A DNA stretch of 32,000 bases from positions 1,848,905 to 1,880,904 of the forward strand of contig NZ_AP017378.1 in NCBI RefSeq assembly GCF_003966735.1. Reading direction: 5' to 3'. The first letter of the stretch is position 1. Each line of letters begins with the position of its first letter. The position numbers were made by a program, and so were the translations under genes. Positions 1 through 8,794 of the stretch are shown here, one piece after another. This stretch comes from Desulfovibrio ferrophilus (lineage in GTDB: Bacteria; Desulfobacterota; Desulfovibrionia; Desulfovibrionales; Desulfovibrionaceae). A model generated the notes under the pieces. The model was given only the letters and a program-made list of their open reading frames with translations. It did not search any database and was not told where the DNA came from.

Positions 1-9
1 ACACCGTTT

Positions 10-273
10 TCATCGGCTCACGCCCCGCTCGTTGAGGATTTCTTCCTTCTTTTCCGTGGGCAGGTCCGAATGCAGGATCAGCGCACGCAGCATCCGGAAC
101 TGGATATCAAGCTTGCGCTGGATACTGCCGTTGGTACGGCACTCCTGCTCGTGGTTAAGCCTGCACTGAGCCTTGGTCACAAAAGAACCACCCAGAACCA
201 GACGCACGGACAGAGCCGTGATGATAGAGATAATGGCGCTACCGAGGAGCGTTTCTAGCGGGGTCAGTGTCAT
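10..273 (-). CDS. Hypothetical phage protein with an N-terminal hydrophobic helix
   Basis: 87-aa ORF co-directional with and downstream of the capsid genes. It has a hydrophobic stretch LLGSAIISIITALSVRLVLGG. No family was recognised. Confidence 0.4.
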   Translation of the reverse strand: MTLTPLETLLGSAIISIITALSVRLVLGGSFVTKAQCRLNHEQECRTNGSIQRKLDIQFRMLRALILHSDLPTEKKEEILNERGVSR

Positions 274-299
274 CGTGCGTTCCTGCTTGGAATGTCCGG

Positions 300-680
300 T
301 TACTTTCCGGCCTTCTTCGTATCCTTGGCCTCGGGCTCTTCGCCGCCCTGCCCCGCCTGCTGCAGCTGAGCCTCAAGCCCTTCAGCATATTCCTGAGCCT
401 GCTCCAGCTTGGCGTCGAAATCGGCCTGCGCGATTTGCAGCTCTTCACCCTTGGCTGCAAGCTGCTGGTGCAGTTCGGCCACCTGGGTCCGGAGAGCTTC
501 CATCTCGGGATTGATCAGAGAAGGCGCATCGGCCTCGGCCGCATATTCCTGGGCCAAGCCCTGGTCGATGAGGTCCCGGGCTTCTGCTTCGGGCAGGGGC
601 ACTGCTTTCCCAGCAGGCACCTGGCCTTCCTTGCCGCTATAGGTCACAGCCATGACGACCTTGATTTTCTTCTTTGCCAT
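300..680 (-). CDS. Hypothetical phage head-module protein, coiled-coil / acidic
   Basis: 126-aa ORF starting 10 nt downstream of the major capsid stop. It is rich in A/E/Q heptad-like sequence (ELHQQLAAKGEELQIAQADFDAKLEQAQEYAEGLEAQLQQ). Function unknown. Confidence 0.5.
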   Translation of the reverse strand: MAKKKIKVVMAVTYSGKEGQVPAGKAVPLPEAEARDLIDQGLAQEYAAEADAPSLINPEMEALRTQVAELHQQLAAKGEELQIAQADFDAKLEQAQEYAEGLEAQLQQAGQGGEEPEAKDTKKAGK

Positions 681-689
681 GACGACCTC

Positions 690-1715
690 CTAGAGCACTT
701 TGGCGTAGACAAAGCCGCCGGATTGTTTGGGGAACGGGAGCGGGCGGGACTCGACACCCATCCAATAGGCGGAGGGATTTTCCTCTTCCCAGGCCTTGGC
801 GAAATACTCGTTGGGCTTGCCGTGGTTCTTGAGATCCTCGGGCACGCCGAACTCGATGCTGCACTTGGCAGAGGTGGAGCCCAACAGGACATAATCAGGG
901 TGCAGCAGATGCTGAACCGTGCCATCGAAGTCCTCGTACTCACCGCCGTAGGAGTAGATATCCAGGCCGTTGTATTCACCCTTGCGCAGCTTGTTCACGT
1001 CCGGGGAAAGGCTCCCAATCTCGATGCGACGGCGATCCAAATCGTCCTTAATCTTGGCGTTGCCCTTGAAAGCGCGCCAAGCGTTGGTGCCCATGACGCA
1101 CACATCCGCACCCACCCCGGCGGCATTCAGGATGAGCGCGGCCCAGTCCTCGAAATTGGCTTCGGGATCGCCGCCGTCCTGGCCCCACTTCACGCCATCA
1201 CCAAGCACGATCTTGTGCTCAGCGGGCATGAGAAAATCGATGTCCAGGACCTTCATCCCCTCCTGAACAACGGACAATCCGCCCTTGACCGCTTGGGCGC
1301 ACATGAACTCGATGGTCAGTTCGATGTCGTCTTTGATGGCATCCAGGTCGCGGACGATGGTCTCCTCGATGGCGGCGTCCAGATCTTCTGGCGTATTGCG
1401 ATAGGGTCCCTGACCCGGACGGCTGACGTCGATCAACTCCGGTGCGGAGAAACGTTCGATGGGGTTCATGCGCGGAGTCTTGACCGTGCGCAGCTCACGC
1501 TTGGTTTTGGGGGACAGGGTTCCACCCTCGTAGTCGGTCACAAAGGGGACCAGGGTACGGCCGCGAACCAGCACTTCCAGCTCAGCAAACTTGCTGGGCA
1601 GCTTGTTGCGGGTACGGAAGAATAGCTCCTTGAACAGACCCGGGAGCGGCTTGCGGGCGGTGATGACCTCGGTCAAAGTCCGGGCATCGAACTGAAGAGG
1701 CAGTTGAGTGGGCAT
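690..1715 (-). CDS. Major capsid protein, lambda gpE-like family
   Basis: 341 aa, the same length as lambda gpE. It sits directly after a decoration-protein gene, and the N-terminus (PTQLPLQFDARTL...FFRTRN...VPFVTDYEGG) is typical of the capsid protein E family. An AGGAGAA RBS lies upstream. Confidence 0.85.
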   Translation of the reverse strand: MPTQLPLQFDARTLTEVITARKPLPGLFKELFFRTRNKLPSKFAELEVLVRGRTLVPFVTDYEGGTLSPKTKRELRTVKTPRMNPIERFSAPELIDVSRPGQGPYRNTPEDLDAAIEETIVRDLDAIKDDIELTIEFMCAQAVKGGLSVVQEGMKVLDIDFLMPAEHKIVLGDGVKWGQDGGDPEANFEDWAALILNAAGVGADVCVMGTNAWRAFKGNAKIKDDLDRRRIEIGSLSPDVNKLRKGEYNGLDIYSYGGEYEDFDGTVQHLLHPDYVLLGSTSAKCSIEFGVPEDLKNHGKPNEYFAKAWEEENPSAYWMGVESRPLPFPKQSGGFVYAKVL

Positions 1716-1734
1716 ATTGAATTCTCCTTGCTAG

Positions 1735-2094
1735 TTACTTGACGTACAGGCCCTTGGTAGCCAGGGCGGTGACGGCTGCGGCCTTTTGCTCGGCAGTCGC
1801 GGCATCGGGCCAACCGAGGCCTTTGCCCCGAAACTCACCATGCACGTATACGTTCGCGCTGATGTCTCCCGCGCTGGGCACACGGACGTCCTCCACCAGG
1901 ATCACGGCGGCAACTTCACTGCCGTCAGCGGCGGCAGGGTTCCAAGGCACGGCTTTACCTGTGGCGGTGACAAGACCGAGCACCGTTCCGGCAACGAGAT
2001 CCACTTCCGCACCGCTGGAGGCCAGCACGCAATGCTTCATGATCGCAGGATGACTGCCCACAAAGTTCGGGGCCTGGTAGCTTGCAACGTGCAT
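1735..2094 (-). CDS. Head decoration protein (lambda gpD-like)
   Basis: 119 aa, located between the protease and the major capsid gene as in lambda. It is Gly/Ala/Val-rich and ends in ...GLYVK. Confidence 0.7.
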   Translation of the reverse strand: MHVASYQAPNFVGSHPAIMKHCVLASSGAEVDLVAGTVLGLVTATGKAVPWNPAAADGSEVAAVILVEDVRVPSAGDISANVYVHGEFRGKGLGWPDAATAEQKAAAVTALATKGLYVK

Positions 2095-2097
2095 GGC

Positions 2098-3297
2098 CTA
2101 CCTCCTTTCCAGTTTTTTCATGCGTTCAGCCGAGGCCGCCCGCTTCATATCGGGGGTCTCAGGCTGGGGCTGCCGGGTGGCATGGACGGGGGACGGGCCG
2201 CTGTCATGCAGGGCCTGCAAAATCTGTTTGCGTGACTCGCTTTCGTCCCCGCCTTCGTCCTCGGGCTTCTGCGCGGATGCAGCGAGCAACGGCGCAAGGG
2301 CTTCGAGCTGTACGGAGGAAACCCCGGCATCGGCCAGCGCCTGAAAACGGTCGGCGGCTTCGTCACCGGCCACGGTGCGGATCAGGGTGGCGGCTTCGGC
2401 CATGGCCTGCTTTCGGCCCTGTTCCTGCGCGCCGTCTTTGGCCTCTGTTTCGATCTGCGCGAGCAGCTCCGGATGCTGGGCTTCCAGCTCCTTTCTGGTC
2501 ATGGGAGATGACTCCTGTGTTAGACGTTCGATGAGTTCTTCACGGCCTGCGACGATGCCGCTGACAAGCCCCAATTCCAGGGCCTTTTCAGCGAAAAATG
2601 TTTTGCCGTCCGCCCACTGGTCCACGCCCGAGGCATCAAGGCCCATGCCCTGGGCAACGTCCTCAGTGAACAGGCTGTAGAGGGTGGTGCATTGTTCCTG
2701 CAGGCAGGCTTGATCTTCCTCGGACAAGGGGTTGTCCGGGTTGCCCACAACCTTCCATTTGCCCGCATGGACGTAAGTGACGTTCACGCCGAGCTGGTCG
2801 TTGTACTTGGACCAATCCAGGTGCTGCATGACCACACCCACGGAACCTACCTCGGCAGTCTTGGGTGCGTAAATCTTGCCCGTGGCCGCGCCGATCCAGT
2901 ACGCGGCGGACATCATGGTGCCGTCGGCATAGGCACACATGGGCTTTTCGTCCCGGACCGAATAGATCCAGTCAGCTAGGACCTTCACGCCGTCGGCACC
3001 ACCGCCGGGGCTATCCACATTCAGCAGAAGAGAACGCACTGAGCTATCAGCTAGAGCCGCTTGGATATCCTCGCGAATCTGCTCGTAGCCCTGTGCCCAC
3101 CAGCCGCCGCGCTTGGACAGCACACCTTGGATGTTGATCACGGCCACGCCGCTGATGACGTCATAAGAGGCGCGAGCCTGCTCGGACTGACGACCAAACA
3201 GGCCCGCACCAGCCGAGGGATGGCGGGTTTCAAGATAGATACGTTCCACGGCGCTGGGCGCGACCGCCCACAAGCGCTGCCCCAAAAGCTCAAACAT
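2098..3297 (-). CDS. S49-family (ClpP-fold) head maturation protease / minor capsid protein C, probably with a C-terminal scaffold-like tail
   Basis: Start chosen at ATG 3297, which forms an ATGTTTGA overlap with the portal stop at 3290-3292. S49/SppA-like core (NVDSPGGGADG..., MMSAAYWIGAATGKIYA) followed by an acidic helical tail. Position matches lambda gpC/Nu3. Confidence 0.85.
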   Translation of the reverse strand: MFELLGQRLWAVAPSAVERIYLETRHPSAGAGLFGRQSEQARASYDVISGVAVINIQGVLSKRGGWWAQGYEQIREDIQAALADSSVRSLLLNVDSPGGGADGVKVLADWIYSVRDEKPMCAYADGTMMSAAYWIGAATGKIYAPKTAEVGSVGVVMQHLDWSKYNDQLGVNVTYVHAGKWKVVGNPDNPLSEEDQACLQEQCTTLYSLFTEDVAQGMGLDASGVDQWADGKTFFAEKALELGLVSGIVAGREELIERLTQESSPMTRKELEAQHPELLAQIETEAKDGAQEQGRKQAMAEAATLIRTVAGDEAADRFQALADAGVSSVQLEALAPLLAASAQKPEDEGGDESESRKQILQALHDSGPSPVHATRQPQPETPDMKRAASAERMKKLERR

Positions 3298-4807
3298 CGG
3301 CGATCTCCTGTTGCTTGCTATCCAGTTCACGCAGGCGGGCTTCTTCGGCTTCGCGCTGGTCCCAGACCTCCTCGATATCGCCACCGCGTTCGGCAATAAC
3401 GTCGGCGTAAGTGGTCAAGCGGGCCTCCAGGGCCTTGGTCGAGGCCACGACTTCCTTCACCGGATCCACATACCCACGAGCGGGGCCAATCCAGGTGGCG
3501 TTGGTGTAGGCAGCCATCGCGTCATAAAAATCGGGAGCGCCCTGGGGCAGCGTGATGATGCCGCGCAGCCAGGCTTCTTCCTGGATCATGCTCCAGATGG
3601 GCTGGCAATAATGACGCACCAGCCAGGTGCGGTAGAGCATGAAGATGCGCCAGGCCTCCAACAATGCGGCCCGGGCGGAGGAATAGTTGGTCTTGGAAAA
3701 ATCCTTGGCCAGGACCTCGTAGGGCATGCCCACAGAAGCGGCCATGGAACGCATGATCAGCTCGGCAAACGAGGTGAAGTTGTTGCCGGGCCGTTTGCTT
3801 TCGATGGGGATGGGCTCTTCACCCGGATTGCCATAGGCGACCGTGCCGGGGGGAAGATTCTGGAAATAACGACGCTGATCCTCTTCGCCTTCCACTGGCT
3901 GGGGCTGCGCCCACTGGCGAGCAACGGCTTGGGGGTCCTTGGTGGCGATGAACACCGGGAAGGACGCGGAGACGATCTGCGCCATGAGCTCGTAGTCGAA
4001 GGAGTCGTTCAGATGCCGGAACAGCTTCATGCCCGGGGCGAGCTTGGGCACACCGCGCACCTGTTCGTCCTCCTCCGCTCGGAAGCAGTGGAACACGCCA
4101 GGGCGGTGCCCGGTCAGCGCCGGACGCCGGACAAAGTGGGCCGAACCAAGGAGGGAGAATGGTTGGTTCAGGCCCACTCCCCGGCTCGGCTCAGGGCTGG
4201 CAATCCAATAGGCAAGGGGACGGCCGATGGGCGACAGCTCCACGCCGTCTCGAAGGGACGTATCCATGGTGCGGTCGGAGGGGGTACAAAGACGCGCCGG
4301 ATGCACATCCTGAAACGCCAGAGAAAAGGTACGGCCCGGATCATCGAGCATCAGCGGCAGATGCACCAGCTCGCCCATGCGCAACAGCGAGCGCATGCCC
4401 AGAAAGACAAGGTCGTCAAAATGGAGCTTACCCGAGACGTGCGCCTCAGCAGACCACAGTCGCCAGGCCCACTCCATCTGCTCGTTTAGGTCTTTGGCGG
4501 CTTCCTGCGAGATACCCAAGCGCTTCCAATTCACTCGCGCCTGGGGCTTGATGCCTGAGCCGACCGTATTCACGGTCATGGAATCGACAACCGAAGCGGC
4601 AGCCCAATCGTTGGCGGTCAAATCCTCGGAGCGGGTCTGCGCGGTGCCACGCTCGAAAGCCTCGTGGGAAATGGTCGTGCGGGTGGGACGGTAGTTGCTG
4701 AGGGTACCGCGATGCCGCCCGGCGTCGCGCGAGATAGACGGCATGGAGCGACCAAGGGCGGAGGCCATGCGCAGGGAGCGCTTGCGAGTCAGCGCCGGTG
4801 CCCTCAT
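3290..4807 (-). CDS. Portal protein, lambda gpB family
   Basis: 505 aa, ATGA overlap with the gpW stop. Sequence style is that of the lambda portal family (…NDWAAASVVDSMTVNTVGSGIKPQ…). Order is W-portal-protease. Confidence 0.9.
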   Translation of the reverse strand: MRAPALTRKRSLRMASALGRSMPSISRDAGRHRGTLSNYRPTRTTISHEAFERGTAQTRSEDLTANDWAAASVVDSMTVNTVGSGIKPQARVNWKRLGISQEAAKDLNEQMEWAWRLWSAEAHVSGKLHFDDLVFLGMRSLLRMGELVHLPLMLDDPGRTFSLAFQDVHPARLCTPSDRTMDTSLRDGVELSPIGRPLAYWIASPEPSRGVGLNQPFSLLGSAHFVRRPALTGHRPGVFHCFRAEEDEQVRGVPKLAPGMKLFRHLNDSFDYELMAQIVSASFPVFIATKDPQAVARQWAQPQPVEGEEDQRRYFQNLPPGTVAYGNPGEEPIPIESKRPGNNFTSFAELIMRSMAASVGMPYEVLAKDFSKTNYSSARAALLEAWRIFMLYRTWLVRHYCQPIWSMIQEEAWLRGIITLPQGAPDFYDAMAAYTNATWIGPARGYVDPVKEVVASTKALEARLTTYADVIAERGGDIEEVWDQREAEEARLRELDSKQQEIADV

Positions 4808-5025
4808 CGCACAACCCGCCCGGTGACGAACACGGGGCCGGACTGACCAACGAGCTTGCAGCGCTCCGCATCAAGCCATTCGATAGTGGTGCGGATCTCC
4901 GGCGCGTCCTGCAGCGTGAGCGTGCGCCCTGCTATAGAGTACGCTTTACCCCGCGACACGGAGAGAAGCGCCTTCTTCCAGGCGGCTATCTGCTGCTCAA
5001 GCTCTTCTGTTGACCAAATAGACAT
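4804..5025 (-). CDS. Head-tail joining protein gpW-like
   Basis: 73 aa immediately upstream of the portal gene. Size and motif layout (…GKAYSIAGRTLTLQDAPEIRTTIEWLDAE…) match the lambda gpW family. Confidence 0.7.
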   Translation of the reverse strand: MSIWSTEELEQQIAAWKKALLSVSRGKAYSIAGRTLTLQDAPEIRTTIEWLDAERCKLVGQSGPVFVTGRVVR

Positions 5026-5059
5026 GCCCGGCAGGATAGACCGGGCCGGGCATCATGTC

Positions 5060-5085
5060 GTGGACGTGGTGGACGTGGTGGACGG
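5060..5085. repeat. Tandem 9-mer GTGGACGTG x 2.9 at the high-GC/low-GC junction
   Basis: Read directly: GTGGACGTG GTGGACGTG GTGGACGG, immediately followed by an A-run and the AT-rich island. Confidence 0.8.
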
Positions 5086-5163
5086 AAAAAAATATTATAA
5101 AACGACAAACTAATTATATATTCACAAACACAGACAGTTATCTAACCAACCCCAGGCAATCAT

Positions 5164-7572
5164 CTATCCGAGCAATTTCTTCTTTAATTCTATTTCAATT
5201 TTTTTCAATGAACCTTTAAGAATATTATTTTCTGCATAAAAACTAAAATCAGAAATACAGCCTTGTTTTATTATAGCGGTATCTCCATAACTACCACTCT
5301 CTTTATCAAGAGCATTATTGAAAAACATATCCATTATAACATCATAATTCATCGATAAACCAACCTGAGACATTGAAATATCGGCAAGATCAACACCCTT
5401 CATTATCAATGCATCTCGATAAACAAATTCATCAACAACCCGTTTAATATCTTTAATAAGCAAAATATATGAATATTTCGTTTCGCCGCGTTTTGCTTTC
5501 AACGATTCAATGATATAAACTGTATCTTCATCTAAAAAACAATTTTTGAATGAACTTGAAGCAAAAGTATCACTATTTAAAAGGCTTAAATACTTTGTAT
5601 AACAGGATACAAATTTAGTATTTCTATCAAAAATGCAAGATGAAAACGATGTATGCACAAATCTACAATTTGAAAAATGACAGTTTGAAAAATCAAATGC
5701 AGAAATTTCTCCGTTAAAATACAAATCACTAAACATATCATTTATAGAAAGAAATTTTTTAAAATATCTAGTCCGCTCGTGCACATCCGAACGAGAAGCC
5801 AGCTTTGATATTGCCTGCAAAGCAAGCGTTGTCCCTAGCAACGACAAAGAGCTCAGTTGCGAATTAAAATGAATACTACACCCCATACTCAGCAAAAATT
5901 GAACGATAGATACAACTTCTGATTCAGCTTTACTTAAATCTTGCCGTGAAAAAGAATACTCCACAATCGCTAACGCAACATTAGAGGCATGAAGAGAATT
6001 CAATGATATCAAATCATTTATAAAAGCCAAAAGATCAGACTGAGAGAAAACATCAAGCTCTCCTTTTACATCAGATCGCTCAAGTATATACTCGCAAATA
6101 CGCTGCGCAGCCAAATTATAGAAAATTTGCTCCTGCCTAAATGCCCAAACATTATCTTCGCTATCTTTCAAACACAAAAGAGGATGCGAGGTCAGTTTTC
6201 CAAGAGCTCGATTATCAGCGCCTCCTAACAAATCAACAATTTGATGCGACTCGACGCCATTAGCCTCTAAAACCTCCTCCAATACCTCACCGCTCCCTTC
6301 ACCCAATTTAGAGGCTGTCGCCTCAATAAAATCCTTAAAAACTTTTAATTGAGTTTGAAAATCTAGGCCAATCTGCTGCCTCCTCTCCTCACGCTCGCAC
6401 AAACGCTCCATTAGCCAAGCTAAATAGCTTCTCCCATTGAGATGATCACGCAAATCTGAAACGCTATGCCCATATTTAAATAAATCTGCAAGCAAACTGA
6501 TCGTAACGCCCTTACCAATTGGGTTATACTTTCTATCAGCAAATATAAGGTAAAGATCTTTATATAATTTCAAGGCTTTTTGAACAGCCCCCTCTGATTC
6601 AATCGTTAGTTTAAAATACCTTTCCACCTGCTCATCTTTAAACGATTTCATATGAAACACATCAACATCACAAGGCAATGTGCTTAAAACATCATCGTTT
6701 ACAGCCGCGTTCCAAAAAGTAGTTCTTGAAGTTATTATAATATCAGAATTTGAATCATGTGCGAGCTCAGCCAATGACCGCAAAGCCTCTTCTGCACTTA
6801 CCGTTTTATTGTTCCAAAGAATATACTCATCAAACCCGTCAAATATTATTTGAAATACTCCTGCGGCTAGCATTGCTTTTAAAAATCGCTTCTCGTGCCC
6901 CTCAACCCAGTGGATCGAAGCCCCATAATAATTGAAACAAAAAGTTAAAGTACTCCATATAGATTTCAAGTCACTTTCAAAAATTGATTTCCACTGGTTG
7001 GAAAAAATATAAATAGGTATGATATCGGTCATACTTGAAGCAAAGTGCCTAGAAAAAAAAGACTTACCTTGCCCAGGTGAAGCCAACAAAACTTTCAAAG
7101 CCCCCTTATCACGTGAAGGCCCCACCTTCACCCCAGGAAAAGAACGAGAAGCATCTTCTGATTCAATCGTGGGTTGGATATAATTATCCACTGTAAGATC
7201 AGAAATTTTCTTTTTATAATCATTAATTTCTGATGTAATCAACTTCACTAAGAATTGACGAGTAGTATAAACGCTCAAGTTGTCAAGACCAACTATAGTT
7301 TTTATATTCAACTCCATAGAGACTGGATGGACGACTATCGGATCACCTAATCGTGACACCCTTGAAAACGCTCTATTAACAGAATCCGTTGTGGCATCAG
7401 AGTAAAAATATATTAAATACTTAATTGAAGCAGCATCTAAAGCTTGCCTCATGGAGAATTTATAAATTTGCCAATGCCCTTTTTCCTCATAATCACATTT
7501 GGAGTTGATTGTTATATCACCATGACATCGTAGCAACTCAACAATAACTTTAAAATCTAATTTACTATCCAC
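5164..7572 (-). CDS. NACHT-type STAND NTPase with an unassigned N-terminal domain and C-terminal pentapeptide repeats
   Basis: 802 aa with a GTG start 4 nt after the upstream stop. Walker A is ASPGQGKS (res 164-171), Walker B is IIFDGFDE (242-249, the NACHT DGxDE signature), and a TSR motif lies at 281-283. Phe recurs every 5 residues at 628/633/638/643/648 (FDFSNCHFSNCRFVHTSFSSCIFD). Confidence 0.8.
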   Translation of the reverse strand: MDSKLDFKVIVELLRCHGDITINSKCDYEEKGHWQIYKFSMRQALDAASIKYLIYFYSDATTDSVNRAFSRVSRLGDPIVVHPVSMELNIKTIVGLDNLSVYTTRQFLVKLITSEINDYKKKISDLTVDNYIQPTIESEDASRSFPGVKVGPSRDKGALKVLLASPGQGKSFFSRHFASSMTDIIPIYIFSNQWKSIFESDLKSIWSTLTFCFNYYGASIHWVEGHEKRFLKAMLAAGVFQIIFDGFDEYILWNNKTVSAEEALRSLAELAHDSNSDIIITSRTTFWNAAVNDDVLSTLPCDVDVFHMKSFKDEQVERYFKLTIESEGAVQKALKLYKDLYLIFADRKYNPIGKGVTISLLADLFKYGHSVSDLRDHLNGRSYLAWLMERLCEREERRQQIGLDFQTQLKVFKDFIEATASKLGEGSGEVLEEVLEANGVESHQIVDLLGGADNRALGKLTSHPLLCLKDSEDNVWAFRQEQIFYNLAAQRICEYILERSDVKGELDVFSQSDLLAFINDLISLNSLHASNVALAIVEYSFSRQDLSKAESEVVSIVQFLLSMGCSIHFNSQLSSLSLLGTTLALQAISKLASRSDVHERTRYFKKFLSINDMFSDLYFNGEISAFDFSNCHFSNCRFVHTSFSSCIFDRNTKFVSCYTKYLSLLNSDTFASSSFKNCFLDEDTVYIIESLKAKRGETKYSYILLIKDIKRVVDEFVYRDALIMKGVDLADISMSQVGLSMNYDVIMDMFFNNALDKESGSYGDTAIIKQGCISDFSFYAENNILKGSLKKIEIELKKKLLG

Positions 7573-7576
7573 AGCT

Positions 7577-8419
7577 CTACACCCCTATACAATCAACAAG
7601 AATAGCACTAGACACAGAGTCAACATCAAAGTATACGCACTTGCTAAAATCTATGCCGCGCAATTCCGCCCCACAAAAATCAACTTCTCGCAACTCTGCT
7701 CCTTCAAAATCAACATCAACCAATAATGAGTTACAGAAACTTGCCCCATTTATTACTGACTTTGAAAAATCACTATCAACAATTAGACAATCATCAAAAT
7801 CACCACCACGCATCTTCGACAGCACAAAACTACACTCAATCAACACTGAGCCACTAAATGAAGAATCAATAAACTTGGCCGCGCAAAATCTACACCCACA
7901 CATATCAGATTTCACAAATGACACCTCATTAATGTCTTTATTACATAAACTTAATTTTACTATCTCTATGCAATCCAGATTAAAACCTTTAACTTTCAGC
8001 CTACACAGCTCATCAAAACAGTTAACCAAGCCAGAATGACTATATGGAGTATATACCTCTTTGCATACATCCATCTTTACACGAATAGAATCAATACTTT
8101 CATTTTTCTTTTTTCTCTCCGACAGAATATGAAATACAATACCAAATATAAAAAACTCTAAAATAGCCCCGTGCATTTCAACTTTTACACCAGAAAAAAA
8201 ACTTTGATCATTCAAATAATTTTTTAATGATATTGAAAAAGTAACAACAATTAGCGCTATAAATATAAATACAAGCTCTTTATTCGAAGCACAAAATCTT
8301 TTTATACGACTATAATACAAAAAATAAAATCTCTTCACATTAGATATATAAAACATCAAATCAAAATTTATACACCATGTAGCAAACAAATTGTATTTAT
8401 CATATAAACTTGAAAGCAT
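7577..8419 (-). CDS. Membrane-anchored pentapeptide-repeat protein
   Basis: ATG at 8419 is preferred over the GTG at 8425 because an AGGAG lies 5 nt upstream. Hydrophobic helices LVFIFIALIVVTFSISL and AILEFFIFGIVFHIL. After these come about 24 pentapeptide units, with Phe at ORF residues 170,180,190...260 (e.g. VDFEGAELREVDFCGAELRGIDFSKC). Confidence 0.75.
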   Translation of the reverse strand: MLSSLYDKYNLFATWCINFDLMFYISNVKRFYFLYYSRIKRFCASNKELVFIFIALIVVTFSISLKNYLNDQSFFSGVKVEMHGAILEFFIFGIVFHILSERKKKNESIDSIRVKMDVCKEVYTPYSHSGLVNCFDELCRLKVKGFNLDCIEIVKLSLCNKDINEVSFVKSDMCGCRFCAAKFIDSSFSGSVLIECSFVLSKMRGGDFDDCLIVDSDFSKSVINGASFCNSLLVDVDFEGAELREVDFCGAELRGIDFSKCVYFDVDSVSSAILVDCIGV

Positions 8420-8581
8420 TCCCACTCCTATACATTTTCAAATATATACAATCCATTGAGCAAGTGCCATATTGCTCTTAGCTGAACCGATACATTTTGT
8501 ACAGAAAGTTGTTTTTTTAATTACTTGTATTGGGTTTCTCCTACTCTCCCATGCTTTTTACTGGAAACATCCTTATCTTCT

Positions 8582-8794
8582 TCACCTGCTGAGCCCCGAG
8601 TGCCTACTTAATAAATTATTCACCTCTTCTTCCCACACCCACACCCCGCGCACCTTCCCTGCCCGAAAAGCTGGAAGCTTGCCCTCATTAATCAAATTAT
8701 AAAAATGGCTCTTGGAGCAATTCAGCATCTCGCAGGCTTGCTTCCAGTTCAATTTTCGACCTTTGCCCATCTCTGCGCTTCTATCCATTTTCAT
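8582..8794 (-). CDS. Small helix-turn-helix DNA-binding protein (excisionase/AlpA/MerR-like HTH)
   Basis: 70 aa. LNWKQACEMLNCSKSHFYNLINEGKLPAFRAGKVRGVWVWEEEV matches the excisionase-family HTH pattern. Its ATG lies 2 nt after the terL stop (TAG 8797-8799). Intermediate GC. Confidence 0.6.
   Translation of the reverse strand: MKMDRSAEMGKGRKLNWKQACEMLNCSKSHFYNLINEGKLPAFRAGKVRGVWVWEEEVNNLLSRHSGLSR

Noticed and set aside
267-1625. Long plus-strand ORF (452 aa) opposite the capsid genes. Similar antisense ORFs occur at 3311-4489, 9976-10659, 11632-12483, 12988-14826, 16909-17760 (-), 19004-19924 (-) and 26318-27061 (-).
   Set aside because: These are shadow ORFs typical of high-GC DNA. They are low-complexity and Arg/Gly/Ala/Pro-rich with no motifs, and each lies fully opposite a gene with strong family signatures.
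3298-3396. N-terminal extension of the protease ORF (ORF-track start at 3396)
   Set aside because: The extension lies wholly inside the portal gene's 3' end. ATG 3297 gives the classic ATGTTTGA stop/start overlap and a sensible S49 N-terminus.
5060-5085. The 9-mer tandem repeat as a CRISPR or other array
   Set aside because: There are only about 3 contiguous copies with no spacers, and the unit is far too short.
8461-8480. TGGCACTTGC on the minus strand upstream of the membrane-protein gene, as a sigma54 promoter
   Set aside because: The GG and GC elements are adjacent, with no N5 spacer, so the geometry is wrong.
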